From Phyllosticta citribraziliensis (lineage: Eukaryota), in contig NW_027117339.1 in assembly GCF_038025025.1 (NCBI RefSeq), positions 1,674,001-1,738,000 of the forward strand: DNA of 64,000 nucleotides, in the 5' to 3' direction. The position numbers and the translations under genes were made by a program. Under the pieces are notes generated by a model. That model had not been told where the DNA came from and searched no databases. It worked only from the letters and a program-made list of their open reading frames with translations. Shown one piece after another: positions 9,775 to 23,546 of the stretch. How positions within the stretch are numbered: position 1 is the first letter of the stretch; each line of letters begins with the position of its first letter.

Positions 9775-12495
9775 CTACATAGACATCCTCTTAATCTCAG
9801 AAATGGCCCTCCTCCGATAATCGCTGTCTGCAAATAGGGCCTCAATCAAATCCACGACTTCCCCAGCTTCAAACTCTAACCGCAACTCGCCCTCCGTCCA
9901 AAGATACTTGATGTCAGCGAGATTGCTCTCCAGAATCTCGCTCAAGTATTGGAACTTCAACCAGTTGGGCGTGTACACACCAGTCATGTCGCGCTTTTCA
10001 TCGCCGCCTTCTTGAGAAAACAGGTCATTGAGGCTGGAAACGCGCTCACAGAATGATCGGAGGCATTTCGACTCTTCCTCCGAAATGTCTTCTTTGTCTT
10101 CAATGTCGACAATCATCTTGTGCAAGACAGTCGCCAGTAGCGAGCCGAGGGACTGCAATAACACAGAATGCGAGAGGATTCCCCGCCATTGCTTCGCAAC
10201 ATCTCTGATGCGGTCCACAGTCATGGAGACAGAATTTTCGCACTCTCCTGCGAATGGAGCCACGGTGCAGTTTGAGAACCCTTGAGCGCTGTCAAGAAGA
10301 TCTCGCAGTATCGTCCGCTGAGACTCCATTTCTTTTCCATACGCCCGCTTGCTGAAGCTCTCAAGTGATCTGAGATCGGTATCGAGACGGAGCCGAGTAG
10401 ACGGCCTGGCCGAGTTGGGCACGTCAGAGGAAGCATCGACTTCCCTTTGTCGTGCTAGGAAATTGCGCAGCTCGTCGACGAGTCGTGTCGAGTCGTTGTA
10501 TGCGAGCATGTTCCCAGCTGGGTCGTTGGCATAGTAGACTGGTGCCGTGGCCCGGTACATCGCCAAAACCAGGGTGGGAATGGAGTAGAGGCCAAGACCA
10601 GCAGGTGCAATGGGGGAACTCGAGAACCTTGATCGGGAGTCAGCTTTTGCTCTCCAGCGGATTGTGTGGGATTCTTACCTTGGTTGCGCCAGCGCCTGGG
10701 CGTCGGAGACAATCTGTAAAACCATTTCCATGATGGCGTCAGGTATCGCCGTGACAGAATATGTCTCGCGAAGAGTAAGTTCGCGTTCCGAAGGTTGGTT
10801 TGTGGGCGGTTTCTTTTGTGTGGATTCCTTGGTCGCGCTCTTCCCTGGGCTTTTACTTTCAGGGGCCTCAGCTTCAGCGTTTGCGTCGTCGTCGCCCCAC
10901 CCCCAAGCATCAGCGTCTTCTTCCTCAGGGTCGCCTTTGGACTCCTCCGATTTTGCTTCCGCGTTTTCTGATTCGGCATCATCATCCAACCCCCATGCGC
11001 TTGCGTCGGCATCAATGTCCTCTTCTGGTGGGAGCTCCTCTGTTTCTTGCTGCTTCTCCGAATGATCCACGGTTTTCTCTTCATCATTATCCCAAGCATC
11101 CCAGTCGTCTTCGGCTTCCTCGCCCGCGATTATTGCGTCACCGCGAGAGACGAGCTGGGTTTCCACCCTCTCGACTTCCTTTTTCTGATTGATGCCACTG
11201 GAGCACAACACTCGGACGGAAGCAAGTGCATCTTCCTTTCTACGCGCTAACCAATTGCGCGGCGCCTTCTCAACCCAGGTCATGAGCTCCGACTTGCCCA
11301 TCCAGCCGAGCTCGTCCACAAAGTTGGCAAAACGGGACACCGATGAGAGTATTTCTTGGAAAGAATTGAGGCCGTCCAAGGAAATGGGAATGGAGGGATC
11401 AAGCCAATCCGAGGTAAGTCTAGCAATCATCCCAGGCACAAACTTCTCGGCGAGAGGTTCCGATACAGACTCAGGTAATTGCCCGTAGAGATACTGACAA
11501 AGGTTTCTGGCGTCTTCCAATGTTGCCAGGACGCCCGCTGGTGCCGCACCTCTTTCCACCGTAATTGTGTCATTCTCGGTCTTGAATCCCGGGTTGTCAG
11601 TCGCATGGGTGGGAGCGAAACGAGGCGCAATAATTGCTTGATCAAGAGACTTGTACAGCTTTGCGATCGCATTTTCAAGACTCCCTAGACGGGCAAGCGC
11701 TTCAACAACGGTCGATAGTTGGACGGGGTAAGTCCCTGAGAAATGTTTAGCGAAACATAAAGAAAAGTACGCAGGCTTCTCACTGTCGACCTGTTGCTTC
11801 AAGATGGCGGTATTTTTTGAGATGTCTACTGAGAGCAAGAGGTACCACGAGTCCATGGCATTCTCGGCCATGCCAGCGCGCAACTGTTTGATCCGCTTCT
11901 GTAGCACACCCACCACTTTTGTGTCCTTGTTAGAACCCATGTGTACAATGTAGTCCTCTGCCTCTTTCACGTCATCCAGAGCATTCAAGGTTTGGTATTC
12001 CGCAGCGGCATCTTCTGCTTTGTCTAGCAAGTCGGATGCTTGCTTGATACGGACCAACGTGGCTTCGAGTGTCTCGTTGTAGACCAGTTCACTTCGGAGC
12101 AACGCGACTTTGCTTGTCGCATCTTGGACATTCGCTTGAAGCGTTCTCCCAGCCTCGGCTTGCTGTACAATGTCGTGGGCAGTTGCGCGAGATCGTTCGA
12201 TGTCGGCTTGGAGTTGTTTGGCTTGGGCGATCCACCCGTCAACGTCTGGGGCTGCTCCGCGGCTTAGCGTTCTGATATCTGCCTAATTTCATCATTAGTC
12301 TCTGTTTGCGACATGCGCGTTTGTGTGGATTACCTTGACCTCGTTCTGAGCTTTCTCAATTCCCTCCAGCAGGCCGGGGATTGCATCTGCAGGCAGCTGG
12401 GCCGAGACCAGCTCCGTGTCGGGGTAGTAGCCATGCTCAACCACAGACTGAAGAACCGCACCTCCAAGCTTCTGCGGGGTCAAGACGGGAGGCAT
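9775..12495 (-). CDS. ZW10/Dsl1-like ER tethering / kinetochore protein
   Basis: Exons 12495-12334, 12282-11784, 11735-10679 and 10627-9775. The acidic W-containing loop (DDWDAWD, ASAWGLDD, DAWGWGDD) is typical of the Dsl1 lasso. The C-terminus WLKFQYLSEILESNLADIKYLW..LIEALFADSDYRRRAI is ZW10-like. Confidence 0.85.
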
Positions 12496-13204
12496 GGGGG
12501 TGGAAGATGATGGCTCAACAAACGGAAAGTTGACGACGCGGAAGAGCTCCGTGGACCAACGTCAGAGGCAGCGCGACAACGTGGAAGTCGTGGCCGTGCA
12601 CCCGTGACTTGTGGCGGCTGCTTTTCGCGCCGCAAGCCGTCAGATCCACTCACCACCATCGTCTGAAGTCTGAAATAGAAGAGTTTCCTTGTGCAGATGT
12701 ATGTCGCCGCCGTCCCAACTCACGCCTGACTCGAAAATCTCTGCATCTGGCCGGTCCGCCGTTGAGAATCACGCTGATTGGTATACTCTAGCCGGGAAGC
12801 TCAATCATCCCCGCCATTCCTTCCCCTCGGCATTTTCTGCTGCTATTGCATAGAGGTATGTGGTCAGGTTTTGTCTGGTGTTGTGCTTGCCTCCTCGAAA
12901 TTTACTCCAACATCTCTTCGTACCCAGATCTCAAGTCCTCGTGTCACAGAATTTTCATACTGCTTTTGGTCCGCCGTGGCTTCCTGAAAGGGTAGTAGCG
13001 TTTGTGCGCGCCCTGTTTGCCTGTTTCTTCAACGTACCTCACCCTGATTCGTTTGCGTCATTCTTTGCTTTATATTCCGAACGAGCCTGCGGCTTTCACT
13101 GGGCCAATTCTCACTCCATTTTCAGCCAACATCGCTAACCAAACTCAGGCTTGCCTTGGAGACGAAACAAAAGGCCTCTCGATTCTTTTTGGCCATTTGA
13201 CACG

Positions 13205-16200
13205 ATGCCTGGAATAACAGGCAAGACCAACTTCAGGTCCGTCCAATCATTCGAGGCCGACTACAACCCTGCCACATTCTCGCAATATGAGTCGAATAGA
13301 ACTGGCATGAGGGTTGTGGTCGTTGACCGCAAGGGCCCTAAGGTCAATGGCTATTTTGCTCTTGCTACCGAGATACATGACGATTCAGGCGCTCGTAGGT
13401 GAACGCGTGCGCTCCACGAATACTCCAGTCGAATTTGACTAATGCTTCCGTCAGCTCACACATTGGAGCACCTTTGCTTTATGGTAAGCAGCACTGAGCC
13501 AGGTGACGAAACATCAAGCTCATGTTTTCCAGGGGTCTAGGAACTACAAGTACAAGGGTGTTCTTGACCGGTTGGCCACAAGAGCCTACTCGAATACCAA
13601 TGCTTGGACAGCTACCGACCACACTGCTTACACCTTGGACACGGCAGGGTGGGAAGGATTCGCACAAATTGTAGGATATTCTCGATTAATGATTGAAGAT
13701 CGACTATACTGACTTGTATCAGCTGCCTGTGTACCTTGAGCACGTTCTTCTGCCAACTTTGACAGATGAGGGATGCTATACTGAAGTGCACCACGTAGAT
13801 GGCACTGGACACGATGCCGGGTAACCTTCCTTTTCCCGCAGAGAGGTTGCGAGGGCTAACAAAGCCAGCGTTGTGTACTCGGAAATGCAAGGCGTCCAAA
13901 ACACTCAAGGCGAACTCATGGAATTACAAGCTCGCCGCCTTTTGTACCCCGAGGGCAACGGCTTCCGCTACGAGACTGGAGGCATGATGGAGCAACTTCG
14001 TGTCCTTACAGCCGACCGTATTCGGCAATTTCACAAGGAAATGTATCAGCCCAAAAATCTGTGTCTGGTCCTCACTGGTGAGGTCGATCATGAAAACCTG
14101 CTGGAAATCCTCGACAAGTTTGAGGACGGCATCATCGACTCGTTTCCAGCCATTGAGGCTCCCTTCAAGCGCCCTTGGGTTGATTCTGAGCAAACTCCTC
14201 CACTATCCAAGACTATCGTGGATACTGTTGAGTTTCCCGAAGAAGATGAGTCTTCTGGAGAAATCCTGGTAGGGTTCTTTGGGCCTAAAGTCAATGACAT
14301 GCTCAACGGTAAGTCACCGACACTGAATGCCCTGAAGCTCCCTAATTTAAATTCGCAGGCACTGCCATGGACGTCCTCCTTTACTACTTGGCAGGATCGT
14401 CTGCGTCCCTTCTCGAGAACACCATTGTTGAGAAGGAGCAGATTGCAAGTGCAGTCTACTACAGCACGGACAGTCGCCCTGACATTGTAGTTTGGTTTAC
14501 GCTTAGCAGCGTGGCGACTGGGAAGCTTGCAGAGGTCGAGAAAAGACTGCTGGATATTCTCAAAGAAGCAGCCTCCAAGCCTTTCGACATGACTTACATG
14601 TCCGAATGCATCACAAGACTGAAGAAGCAAATCATGCTCACCACCGAAAACTCCCTGGAAAGCATTACCGATGTCGTCATCCAAGATCACTGCTTTGGAA
14701 AAAGGGACGGCTCTACTCTCTTCGACTCTCTGCACTCTCTCAATGTCTTTGAAGAGCTGAGAGGATGGGATGACAAGAAATGGAGAGAGTACCTTTCGAA
14801 GTGGCTCGCCGATGCCCATCACGTTTCCATTCTTGGTGTTCCCTCCAAGAAGCTATCCAAGAAACTCAAAAGCGAGGAGAAGCAACGCGTAGCAGAGCAA
14901 AAAGAACGTCTGGGACCGGACGGTCTCGAGAGGCTTGCAAAGAAGTTGGAGGAGGCCAAGGCTGAAAACGACAAGCCCATCCCTCCCGAAGTTCTGGACC
15001 AGTTCGAGGTTCCAGGGACCGAGTCAATCCACTTCATTCCGACCACGACAGCGCGGTCAGGAGCTGCAAAGAAGATGGGCGAGCTGAGCAATGATGTCCA
15101 AAAGTATGTGGATTCTGACAAGTTCGACAACCCGCTCTTCATGCACTTCGAATCTGTGCAGAGCAACTTCGTGCACATCAGCCTGATCTTCTCGACGGGA
15201 TCGATTCCTCTCGACTTGAAGCCGCTCATCACTCTTTACAAGAACAACTTCTTCACGAGCCCCATCATGCGGGATGGAAAGAGGATCGAGTTTGAGCAAG
15301 TTGTGACGGAGCTTGAGAAGGATACCGTCACCAACAGGATTGATAATGGAGTGGCTCTCGGAAATTCTGAACTCCTGCGCGTCAGGCTGTCGGTTGACCG
15401 TGAAAAGTATCAAACTGCCATTGGTTGGCTAAAGGACCTGCTCTTCAACAGCATCTTCGACGCAGAGAGGCTGAAGGCTACCCTGACCAAGATGCTTGCA
15501 GATATCCCGGAAGAGAAGCGCTCTGGTCACGACATGGCGTACGCGGTCGACTCCATGCTCCACTACTCGCCAAACTCGTCCAGCCGCACTCAAAACACGC
15601 TGGTAAAGGCCTTGTACCTGAAGCGCATCTCCAAACTCCTGGAAAAGGACCCGCAAACCGTCATCGACCGCCTCGAGTCGTTCCGCAAGCATCTGCTGCA
15701 ATTTTCCAACATGCGCGTCCTCATCGTCGCCGACGTTCCCAAGCTGCCTTCGCCGGTGTCCTCGTGGGCTCCGTTCCTCGAGAACCTCGACACGTCCAAG
15801 CCCCTGGCGCCCCTCGACTCTCGCAAAGACGCTCTCAGCGACGCCGCGCGTCATCCAGGAGCTCTCAGCTACATCATTCCCATGCCCACCATCGACTCGT
15901 CTTACGCGCTCTTCACGTCGCGCGGGCCAGACTCGTACGAGCATCCGTCACTGCCAGCGCTCATCGTCGCGCTCTCGTATCTCGAGGCCGTCGAGGGCCC
16001 GCTGTGGGTGGCGGTGCGCGGAACGGGCCTGGCATATGGCACGTCGTTTGCGCGAGGCACCGACACGGGGCTGCTGGGCTACCGCATCTACCGGTCGCCC
16101 GACGCGTACAAGGCGTACGAAATCAGCCGGCGCGTCATCGAGGACTTCATTTCGGGCGCGCGGCCTTTCGAGAAGCACGCGCTCGAGGGCGCCATCAGCA

Positions 16201-16691
16201 CCATTGTCGAGGGCTTCGCCGACGAGCAGCCCACCGTCGTCAGCGCTGCGACTCTCGGCTTCGTCAACCAGGTCGTCAAGGGCATCCCCAAGGACTGGAG
16301 CAAGGGCATGCTTGAGCGCGTGCGCGAAGTCGGCGTCGAGCAGATCAAGGCTGTCCTCAAGGAGATTGTGCTCCCCGTCTTCTTGCCCGGCAAGGCCAAC
16401 TGTGTCGTCACTTGCGCGACCATTATGGAGGAGGTGAGTTTATTCCCCCTCATACCAATTCCCATGAACGTATCGCGACTAACTGGTCTCCAGAACCTCA
16501 AGAAGAACCTCGAGTCCGTCGGCTTCAAGCCCGAAGTCCGCACGCTGGCCTCGTTCCAGGACGACTACGGCCTCAAGCCTGAAGAGGGAGAGGAAGAAGC
16601 AGAGGAGGAGGAGGACGAGAGTGAGGAAGACGAGGACGAAGACGACGACGCCGAGGATGGCAGTGAGGAAGATGACGACGAGAGTGATTAA
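13205..16691 (+). CDS. M16-family zinc metallopeptidase (YOL098C/Sdd3-like, presequence-protease related)
   Basis: Exons 13205-13394, 13455-13483, 13533-13670, 13723-13820, 13869-14308, 14359-16433 and 16494-16691. Inverted zinc motif DDSGAPHTLEHLCFMGS, plus TNAWTATDHTAY, GVVYSEMQG and VRGTGLAYG. Acidic tail. Confidence 0.9.
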
Positions 16692-17117
16692 GGCTTCTAA
16701 CTCGAGTCCATCCGCCCACATTTAGGTAGGTTGTCCGATTGGCCGGAGAGTGAATACGGCACGTCCAGTCGCAAGCTTGTAGTCAATGAGTCACATATTC
16801 GCGTCTCATCACGCCGTCTTTCTGTCCTGTCAACGTGTTCTCTGCATCCCCTATCACTGCGACTGCACGTAGAGAGCAATGTTTCACTACACATCAGACA
16901 CGCCTAGGGAAGTGTCGTCCATCATTGCAGATGCGCTTAAAAAACTGTCGTTCATTCAAACAGCTAGACCCAACAGGCCTCATTTCTTTGTATCACGACT
17001 CGCGGTCGAATCTACGCATTGTGTCTCCTCTTGATCTAGGAGTCGGCATATGCCCATGCCATGTCCAAAACGCCAATTCCATGGTGCCCATTACATTGGG
17101 ATCACACCGGGTATCCT

Positions 17118-18014
17118 TTAGCTGAAAAACAGCTTCTTCAACTCCTCCGCCGTGTCTTCGGGGTTCTTGACGCTGTGGCCCACGGTGCGCGGGTCCTCGT
17201 AAATCTCCCAGTCGTTGCCGCCCTTGTATGTCTTGTCGCCAAAGAAGTGGATGGTCGTGTAGTCGACACCACCGGGCAGGTTCTTCTCGTTCGCAATGTG
17301 CTGCAGGCAGTACGTCTTGTCCCAGCCGTGGGGAAATACGTCGAAGGAGATTTGGCCGCCGATGCTGAACGTCAGGCCCAGATCGGGGAAACGCTGCTTG
17401 AGCGCTTCGACAAACTTAGCACGCACTTGGTGCTCTTTGTCGAAAGCCTCAAAGTCGTGGCGCTCCTGGACAGAGGCATTACGGCCAACGGGCGAGACGT
17501 TGATCATGCCGTTGCGGAATTCGATGAAGGTTCCGCGCTTAATGGGAATATCCATGTCGGCAATGTAGTGCAGGATGAAGTTGGCAAGCTGTTTATACTT
17601 GTCCTCGCCGATCCACTTGATGAAACTGTGCGAGGCCAGCGCCTCTCCCATGCGGATGGCCGTCAAACCGTTCTCGGCGAAGCAAAAGTCGAAGAGGGTG
17701 GTGACGGGGATTTCGCGCGTGCCCAGCTGCTCCTGCTGTTTGGCCAGGTCGGAGCCGCCCACGAAACCAATGGCGACTTTGTGACGGAGCTCGGAAAGCA
17801 GCTGCAGCATTTCGGGGGAGACAGACTGATGGTGGGGTCGTGTCAGCATTAATCCAGCCTTTCAGTGAGCTCGACAAGGAGAGAAAGCAGCTGAAGAAGC
17901 TGAATTACTCACACGCCTCGCCGGAGTCAGCGTGCCGTCGACATCGAACAGAACAACGGTGTTCTTGACCGGACGCTCGTTCAACGGCGGGTAAATGCTC
18001 GCAGCTTGCGCCAT
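17118..18014 (-). CDS. SEC53: phosphomannomutase (HAD IIB)
   Basis: Exons 18014-17913 and 17825-17118. Motifs [50 protein letters not shown] and [15 protein letters not shown]. Confidence 0.97.
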
Positions 18015-20492
18015 GTTGGGAGGTGGTTTTTGCAACGAACGTGAGGAGCTTGGAGGCAAACTGAAGGCAGACAAGAGAGGAAAACGAATGAGGACTGGAT
18101 CAGGCTAGAAAATAGGGAGCCGGGGAGTTTTGAACAGTCAAGAGGTGGATTTGGGTGGTAAGGACAGTTTGCAGCCCAGGCGCCAAGCCAGGGACCAAAG
18201 GCGGTGAGGCTTCACGATGGATCGCGGGGCAGGCGCTAATGCACGACGGGACCCACTCTTGGCGTGTTTGTCGTGTTTGCAGAGACACACCTAACCCCTA
18301 CTTCCCGTCGCGTCATAGACGTCTGATCATCACCTTCGCGTCGGGTCAGAGACATTTCGTGCAACACTTTGAACTCTGTGCTTTGTGGCAACTCGCTTGC
18401 ATTGTTACGCCGTCGATCTGAATGCCATCGATTATCCATACATTGAGGAAAATACAGTGCTCCGAATCCATCACACGCCAGATATGATCAGACCAGAATC
18501 ACACCTACTTCTGTTTCGTACCGTCGTTTATTCTTCCGTCACTCTCTTTGGGCAACGTCGTCAATGTCCCTTAGATCATACAAGACTTAGATGGGACGAA
18601 ATCACTTCGAAGCAGGTTGGACCGGACCCCTCGTGAAGCTTCAGGCTGTTAGCCGTTGGAAGAGATAGTCTTCCGAACTTTTACTTACTTGTACCACATT
18701 TGTCCAAGGAATCCAGGCTTCCTTTGCTGGTCGCTGAAGCTTGCTCGTGCGGCAGCAGACCTCTCGTTTTGACGCTTGACTGCTTCGAGAGCAGCAAACT
18801 TCTCCGAGGCAGCCGAAGACTGACCACCAAGTTAGCACCTCCTCTCTTCGCTTTGCAGGAGAAGGAAGAAAACGTACCCTGCGACGGCCGGAGGCGGCAG
18901 GAGGCGATGAGGGTGCGGTGTTGTCGACCATTGTGATGGTTTGATATTAGAACAGTGGCGGGGTTTGTTTGAATACTGAGAGCAATTCTTCGTTGGAGAA
19001 GTATTTGGCAGATTCGAGAAGATGGATTTGATGTTCCCTTGAGTGGCCAGCCCCGCGTCTTTTATCCCAAGCAGAGGCCTCCCCTCGCGTTCCAAAGCAA
19101 CTGATCCCTGGGCCCACGATCAGCCCAGACTACACCAGGGCGCAGGGTCGTGGCACCGACTGATGACGAAAGGCACCATACCCCGCCATCAGGAATCTCA
19201 CGCCAGCATCCACAAGCGGAAACGGCGGACCCCGCCAGCCAACCATCCGCAACTGTCAGGGACCGGGGCTTCGGCCGTCGTGCTTGAGACGCACCTATCA
19301 GCACGCCTGCTTCGTCATCGACTTCTGTCCCACGCGCTAATGTGCCCCGGCCCGCCTTTTTCTTTTGCCCTTGATGCACGCCGCTGGATCAACTATCGCG
19401 CTGATCAGGCTACCTAGTCAGTGCGATACCATTGTCGACCTCCACAGCGATCGCCAGCTCCAGTGCTCTCATGCCTTCATCGGCAATGCCGTTCCTTCGT
19501 CTGGACCCTTTCCGCCATGTCAGACGCGACACATCAATTCTTTCAAACAGCAATGTCCGGACGAGCAGATGGAACACTAACAGGGCGGCAGTGCTGGTGT
19601 GTGCTTGCTTTACACAACACAGAAGCACATGTCGGGAACGATCTGGGGAAATGAACAGCACAACCCCAGGAAGCAGAAGCTTTGCCTACCCTGTCGAAGC
19701 CCGGTCACATCGGACTTTCCGCACACAACCTATTTTTTGCAGCCTCAGACGACCTGGGCTGTCCCAGTCGAACTCGAGCTAGAACCTTCTCCTTCTCCAA
19801 TAGGCCCGAAGACTTCCCTGATAGGAACTCAGCTTGGAATGCTCGGCGAAGCGTGCGTGGTCGAGCTCCCAAAGTCTAATCGTTTGATCCAGATGGCCTG
19901 TCGGAATTCTGGATGGCAGCCCGACCGACATCTGTCGTCCATCGTCTGCTGAAAATCGTCCGTCGCCCGCAGCTACTCCGAGGAACTTGTACGTATCCGG
20001 ATCTGGACTTACAAAGCATTGTTTGCGATGACCGATGTGGCTTCGTAGCGCCCGTCTTTTCGCACTACCGAAGTGCGAACTGGCAACTTTTCTAGACTGC
20101 TTTACAGTCAGCTCCGCGGCGGAAAGGTTACGGACGGATCAGCTGGAGAACGTCTCAGTCAACCAACCACCAAGCACTCGGACGGCGGAACATTGTGGAC
20201 TAGTGTTGTCCGAGAGTCCGCTGCCTGCTGCTTTTCTAGATGGTGTCATTTCTTTTGACACAAACTGAAGCAGCTCGTGTCCTTACAAAGACACGTGCAG
20301 CTGATGAGTACTGAGTAATGTAATGGCTGGTCTGCAAATGCTGACGAGTAGAATTCTCGAAATCCAGTCTAAGCTTCAAACTTCGAATCTATAACCCGCA
20401 AAGCAAGAACCTTGAATTGAGCAACCAGCCTCTTGGGCAAAACAGGCGGAGGTTTAAAAGATGTTGCATGTCACTTACTCATATGCAGAGAC

Positions 20493-21433
20493 ATGCTCAC
20501 TCAACCCATTCAAACAATGCCATCTCTCAAACGAGAAGCAAACAAAGACATGGATTTGCATCCGTCCACGGAATCGACCAACACGTGCAAAACCAAGAGA
20601 AGGAAGCTGGGCCATGCGGAAACTCGGACGCCACGATCAAGAGCGAACACACACGAAAAAGATGTGAATCAGCAACGTCGGGGAAAATATCAGGCTTCTC
20701 AGCCACCAAAGCAACCCACCTCAACCAGTTCTAAACGGACAAGGACCGAAAACCGCAAAGATTCCTTTTCGTTATCGAATGCTCCAAACTCTCAGGATGA
20801 CAAAAAATTTTCTCCTTGTTTTGACCGCAGGTCTCGTTTGGAGTCTGCCCGCGATGCCCCAATCTCCCTGAACCCATGCTACCGTTGTCTCATGAGAGGC
20901 TTCGACTGTCGGTTTCCCACCAACGTGACTGACGAGTGGCGCGACTACTTCGGAGGCGTCCAGTGTCTGCGTTGCGAGGAGCGACACGACGCGGACTGCA
21001 TGCAGGTAAGCACCGTTTACAAAACTGCTGATATCACTACGTCTATGTTGACAACGTAAGAATTCCCTTGACATGCCCAAAAATGTGCGTGATCTTATTA
21101 CCACAACGATGAAGCAGCGAAGGCACAGCGACACCCAAGACGATGCTTCCGCAGAAGCAGATACCAAGTGGGCACGCGAAGCCGCCGTTGCATGGTACGC
21201 GAAAAACCGCAAGGTTCATGGAGTGCTCCATCAACATGACGGAAGAGATGACTGGACGTCGAACGGCGCAATAACCAAGGTACGCTTCCAAATTCTTCAA
21301 CCCTGGGCTGATTTCTGCTTACGAGATACAGCCGCGAGGTCCGGGTTGGAAGCGAGGACCTGGTTGGAGTGCGAAGCAATCTGGGAAGCAAGGTAATAAA
21401 GCGCCTTTGACTGGTACACAGATCGAAAATTGA
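20493..21433 (+). CDS. orphan protein with a Zn2Cys6-like cysteine cluster
   Basis: Putative exons 20493 (or 20517)-21005, 21061-21279 and 21332-21433. Both introns are GT..AG, 52-55 nt, have branch-like sites and preserve the frame. Contains CYRCLMRGFDC-x18-CLRCEERHDADC and a basic KTKRRK patch. Confidence 0.6.
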
Positions 21434-23546
21434 ATGGCGTGGAGGCTGAAATTTTTCGCCTGTATAACGGTGGCCACCTGGAAGAATGATACAGTACGTT
21501 GTCATAGGAAGTGACCGTCCTGACGGCACAACTGTAGTAGCGAACGACTACTCCTTATCCGCATTCATCAAGGTGAATGAACGCTCTCAAGCTGTAGCCA
21601 TGGTGCTCTTTTGGTCCCTACACACTCATCCTTACTCCTCGTCCACTCTACGGTACCGTACATCATCTGTGTCGTATACCAAGGAATCCATACACACATG
21701 GACATGCACCCCACACTTCAGGCGCCCCAGCTCCCTCCACTCCACCGTCTACTAGCGCATCTGCCTCCCAGCCACCCGCAGCAGCAAGAACCACTCAGGC
21801 ACCCAGACCGGACAAGGATCAAGCCTTGATAGCTGCAGTGTGGAGACTCCTTCGTCTGGATCGCGCGCGTGTGCGTGTGCGCGTGAGCTTTGTTTAGGTA
21901 CTCGACCCAGGGCGGCGGTGCTCGACTCACACTGCACACAAAACCACCCGTTTTCTTCGGTCTCCGTCCCTGTCTTTTGGGAGCGAGAAAAGACGACAAC
22001 CAAACAAGATGTAGCGATCAAATCTGACCAGCCGAAACTCGGTTGGAGCTATCGAAGAAGAGACAGAAGGACGGTTGGCGCAAGAACAACATCTTCGTCA
22101 CCACACGTCCATTTTCCCAACAAGTCGTCTTACAGCGCACATGTAACCAATCCACGATCTCAACCACGACCAGGCGATGGCGGCTGCGAATGAACCAAGA
22201 GCCCCAGTCACCGTGCCATGGATGCCATCGCAAACCATGCGCCCGCTGGCCTAGATCGACATAGCAATGCCTGCCTGCACCTGCAACGTCCCAAGGCTTG
22301 GTAGCCAAAAAGGTGTGGCACACGCGTGGGCCCGACTCACCGGGTTGGGATTGGAGTGGGGGATTCGAATGTTTTGAATGCTCCCAGTCGACGGCTGGTG
22401 TGTTTGTGTGCTTGAATGCTTCGAGGTGCAGTATTTCGGTGTGCTGTAGTGAAACTCGAATGCTCCCTGCCCGTCACCGACAGCGACTTTTTGGTTGCGG
22501 TCCTGAATGCTAGACCTTGATACTATACCAAGCCTCGCTTATACATACCACCCCTCCTGTCCCCTCAATCCCAGGTCATTCCCAGTTTGTGGACATGTTC
22601 GCTTTTTTCTCTCTTCCATTTTTTGGTTCTTCTCGTCGGCGATTGGCGCCATGTAAAAATAAAAGAGGTAGGTTTCTAGCCATTGGCAGAGTACAATACA
22701 GCAATATGTGACGTCGATCATGACTGCCGTGCAATCACCATCACGAAAAGCGCTCGCGATCACGCTTTTCAGCGCATCTGCAGCAAGCACGTTTCCACCT
22801 CATCACATCCCCCTGCAAAGTGAGGCGCATGAAAAGACAGCTCTCGATGCTTATGGAAAGATGGCGACGGTCGTGGTGGAGGTGATGTCCGTGAGGCATG
22901 CTAGCTCGATCGAGACAGACTAGCGGCAATGCAATGCGATGCGTTGGACGACTAGCTGGTGAGAGATGCAGTAGGCTGATCGGGCTGGGACTTGAAGCAC
23001 ACTAAGAAGAGGAGAATAAAAAAGAAAAAGAAGCCCAAAGAACTCACTCTTGTCCGGTATGTATCATGCACGAAGCATTCAAGCTTCCATAAGCCAACGT
23101 ATCAAGGAGGCTTGTGGAAGTTGGGGGACATTGCTACACACGCACATTAGACCAACGGAATTTCCTTTTCAACCCACATGTATTCCAGGGTGCTATGAAT
23201 AGGAGGTAGTGACTACGTAGGATTCGAGGAAGCCAAACGGAAAGAGGGAAATGGGAGCCGAGCAAACAAACCGTTGCCAACAACGGCCCGGCTGCCTCAA
23301 TGTTTCGGGCCGCGCATTCTAAGACGTCATCGTCCATTCCAGTCCACGTTTTTGATTTGCATTCCTCCAAGCGCAGATTCCATGCACCGACTCGGTACCA
23401 GATCAGCGGGACTGACTGCCGGCTTTGCCCAAGTCACGGCGTCGATGCAATTCATCCAAGTCGTGGCAGGCCAAAATAGGAAGAGATGCCACATATCATC
23501 CTCCACATCTTCAAACTGCTGCGAGACGTTTGTGCGTCGGGAGTCT

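Noticed and set aside
17826..18074. Alternative PMM starts (intronic ATG at 17849; upstream in-frame TTG at 18074)
   Set aside because: The intronic ATG overlaps the branch site and would omit the catalytic DxDGT motif. There is no support for TTG initiation.
21698..21829. 43-aa ATG sORF (MDMHPTLQAPQ...)
   Set aside because: Short, low complexity, and no independent support.
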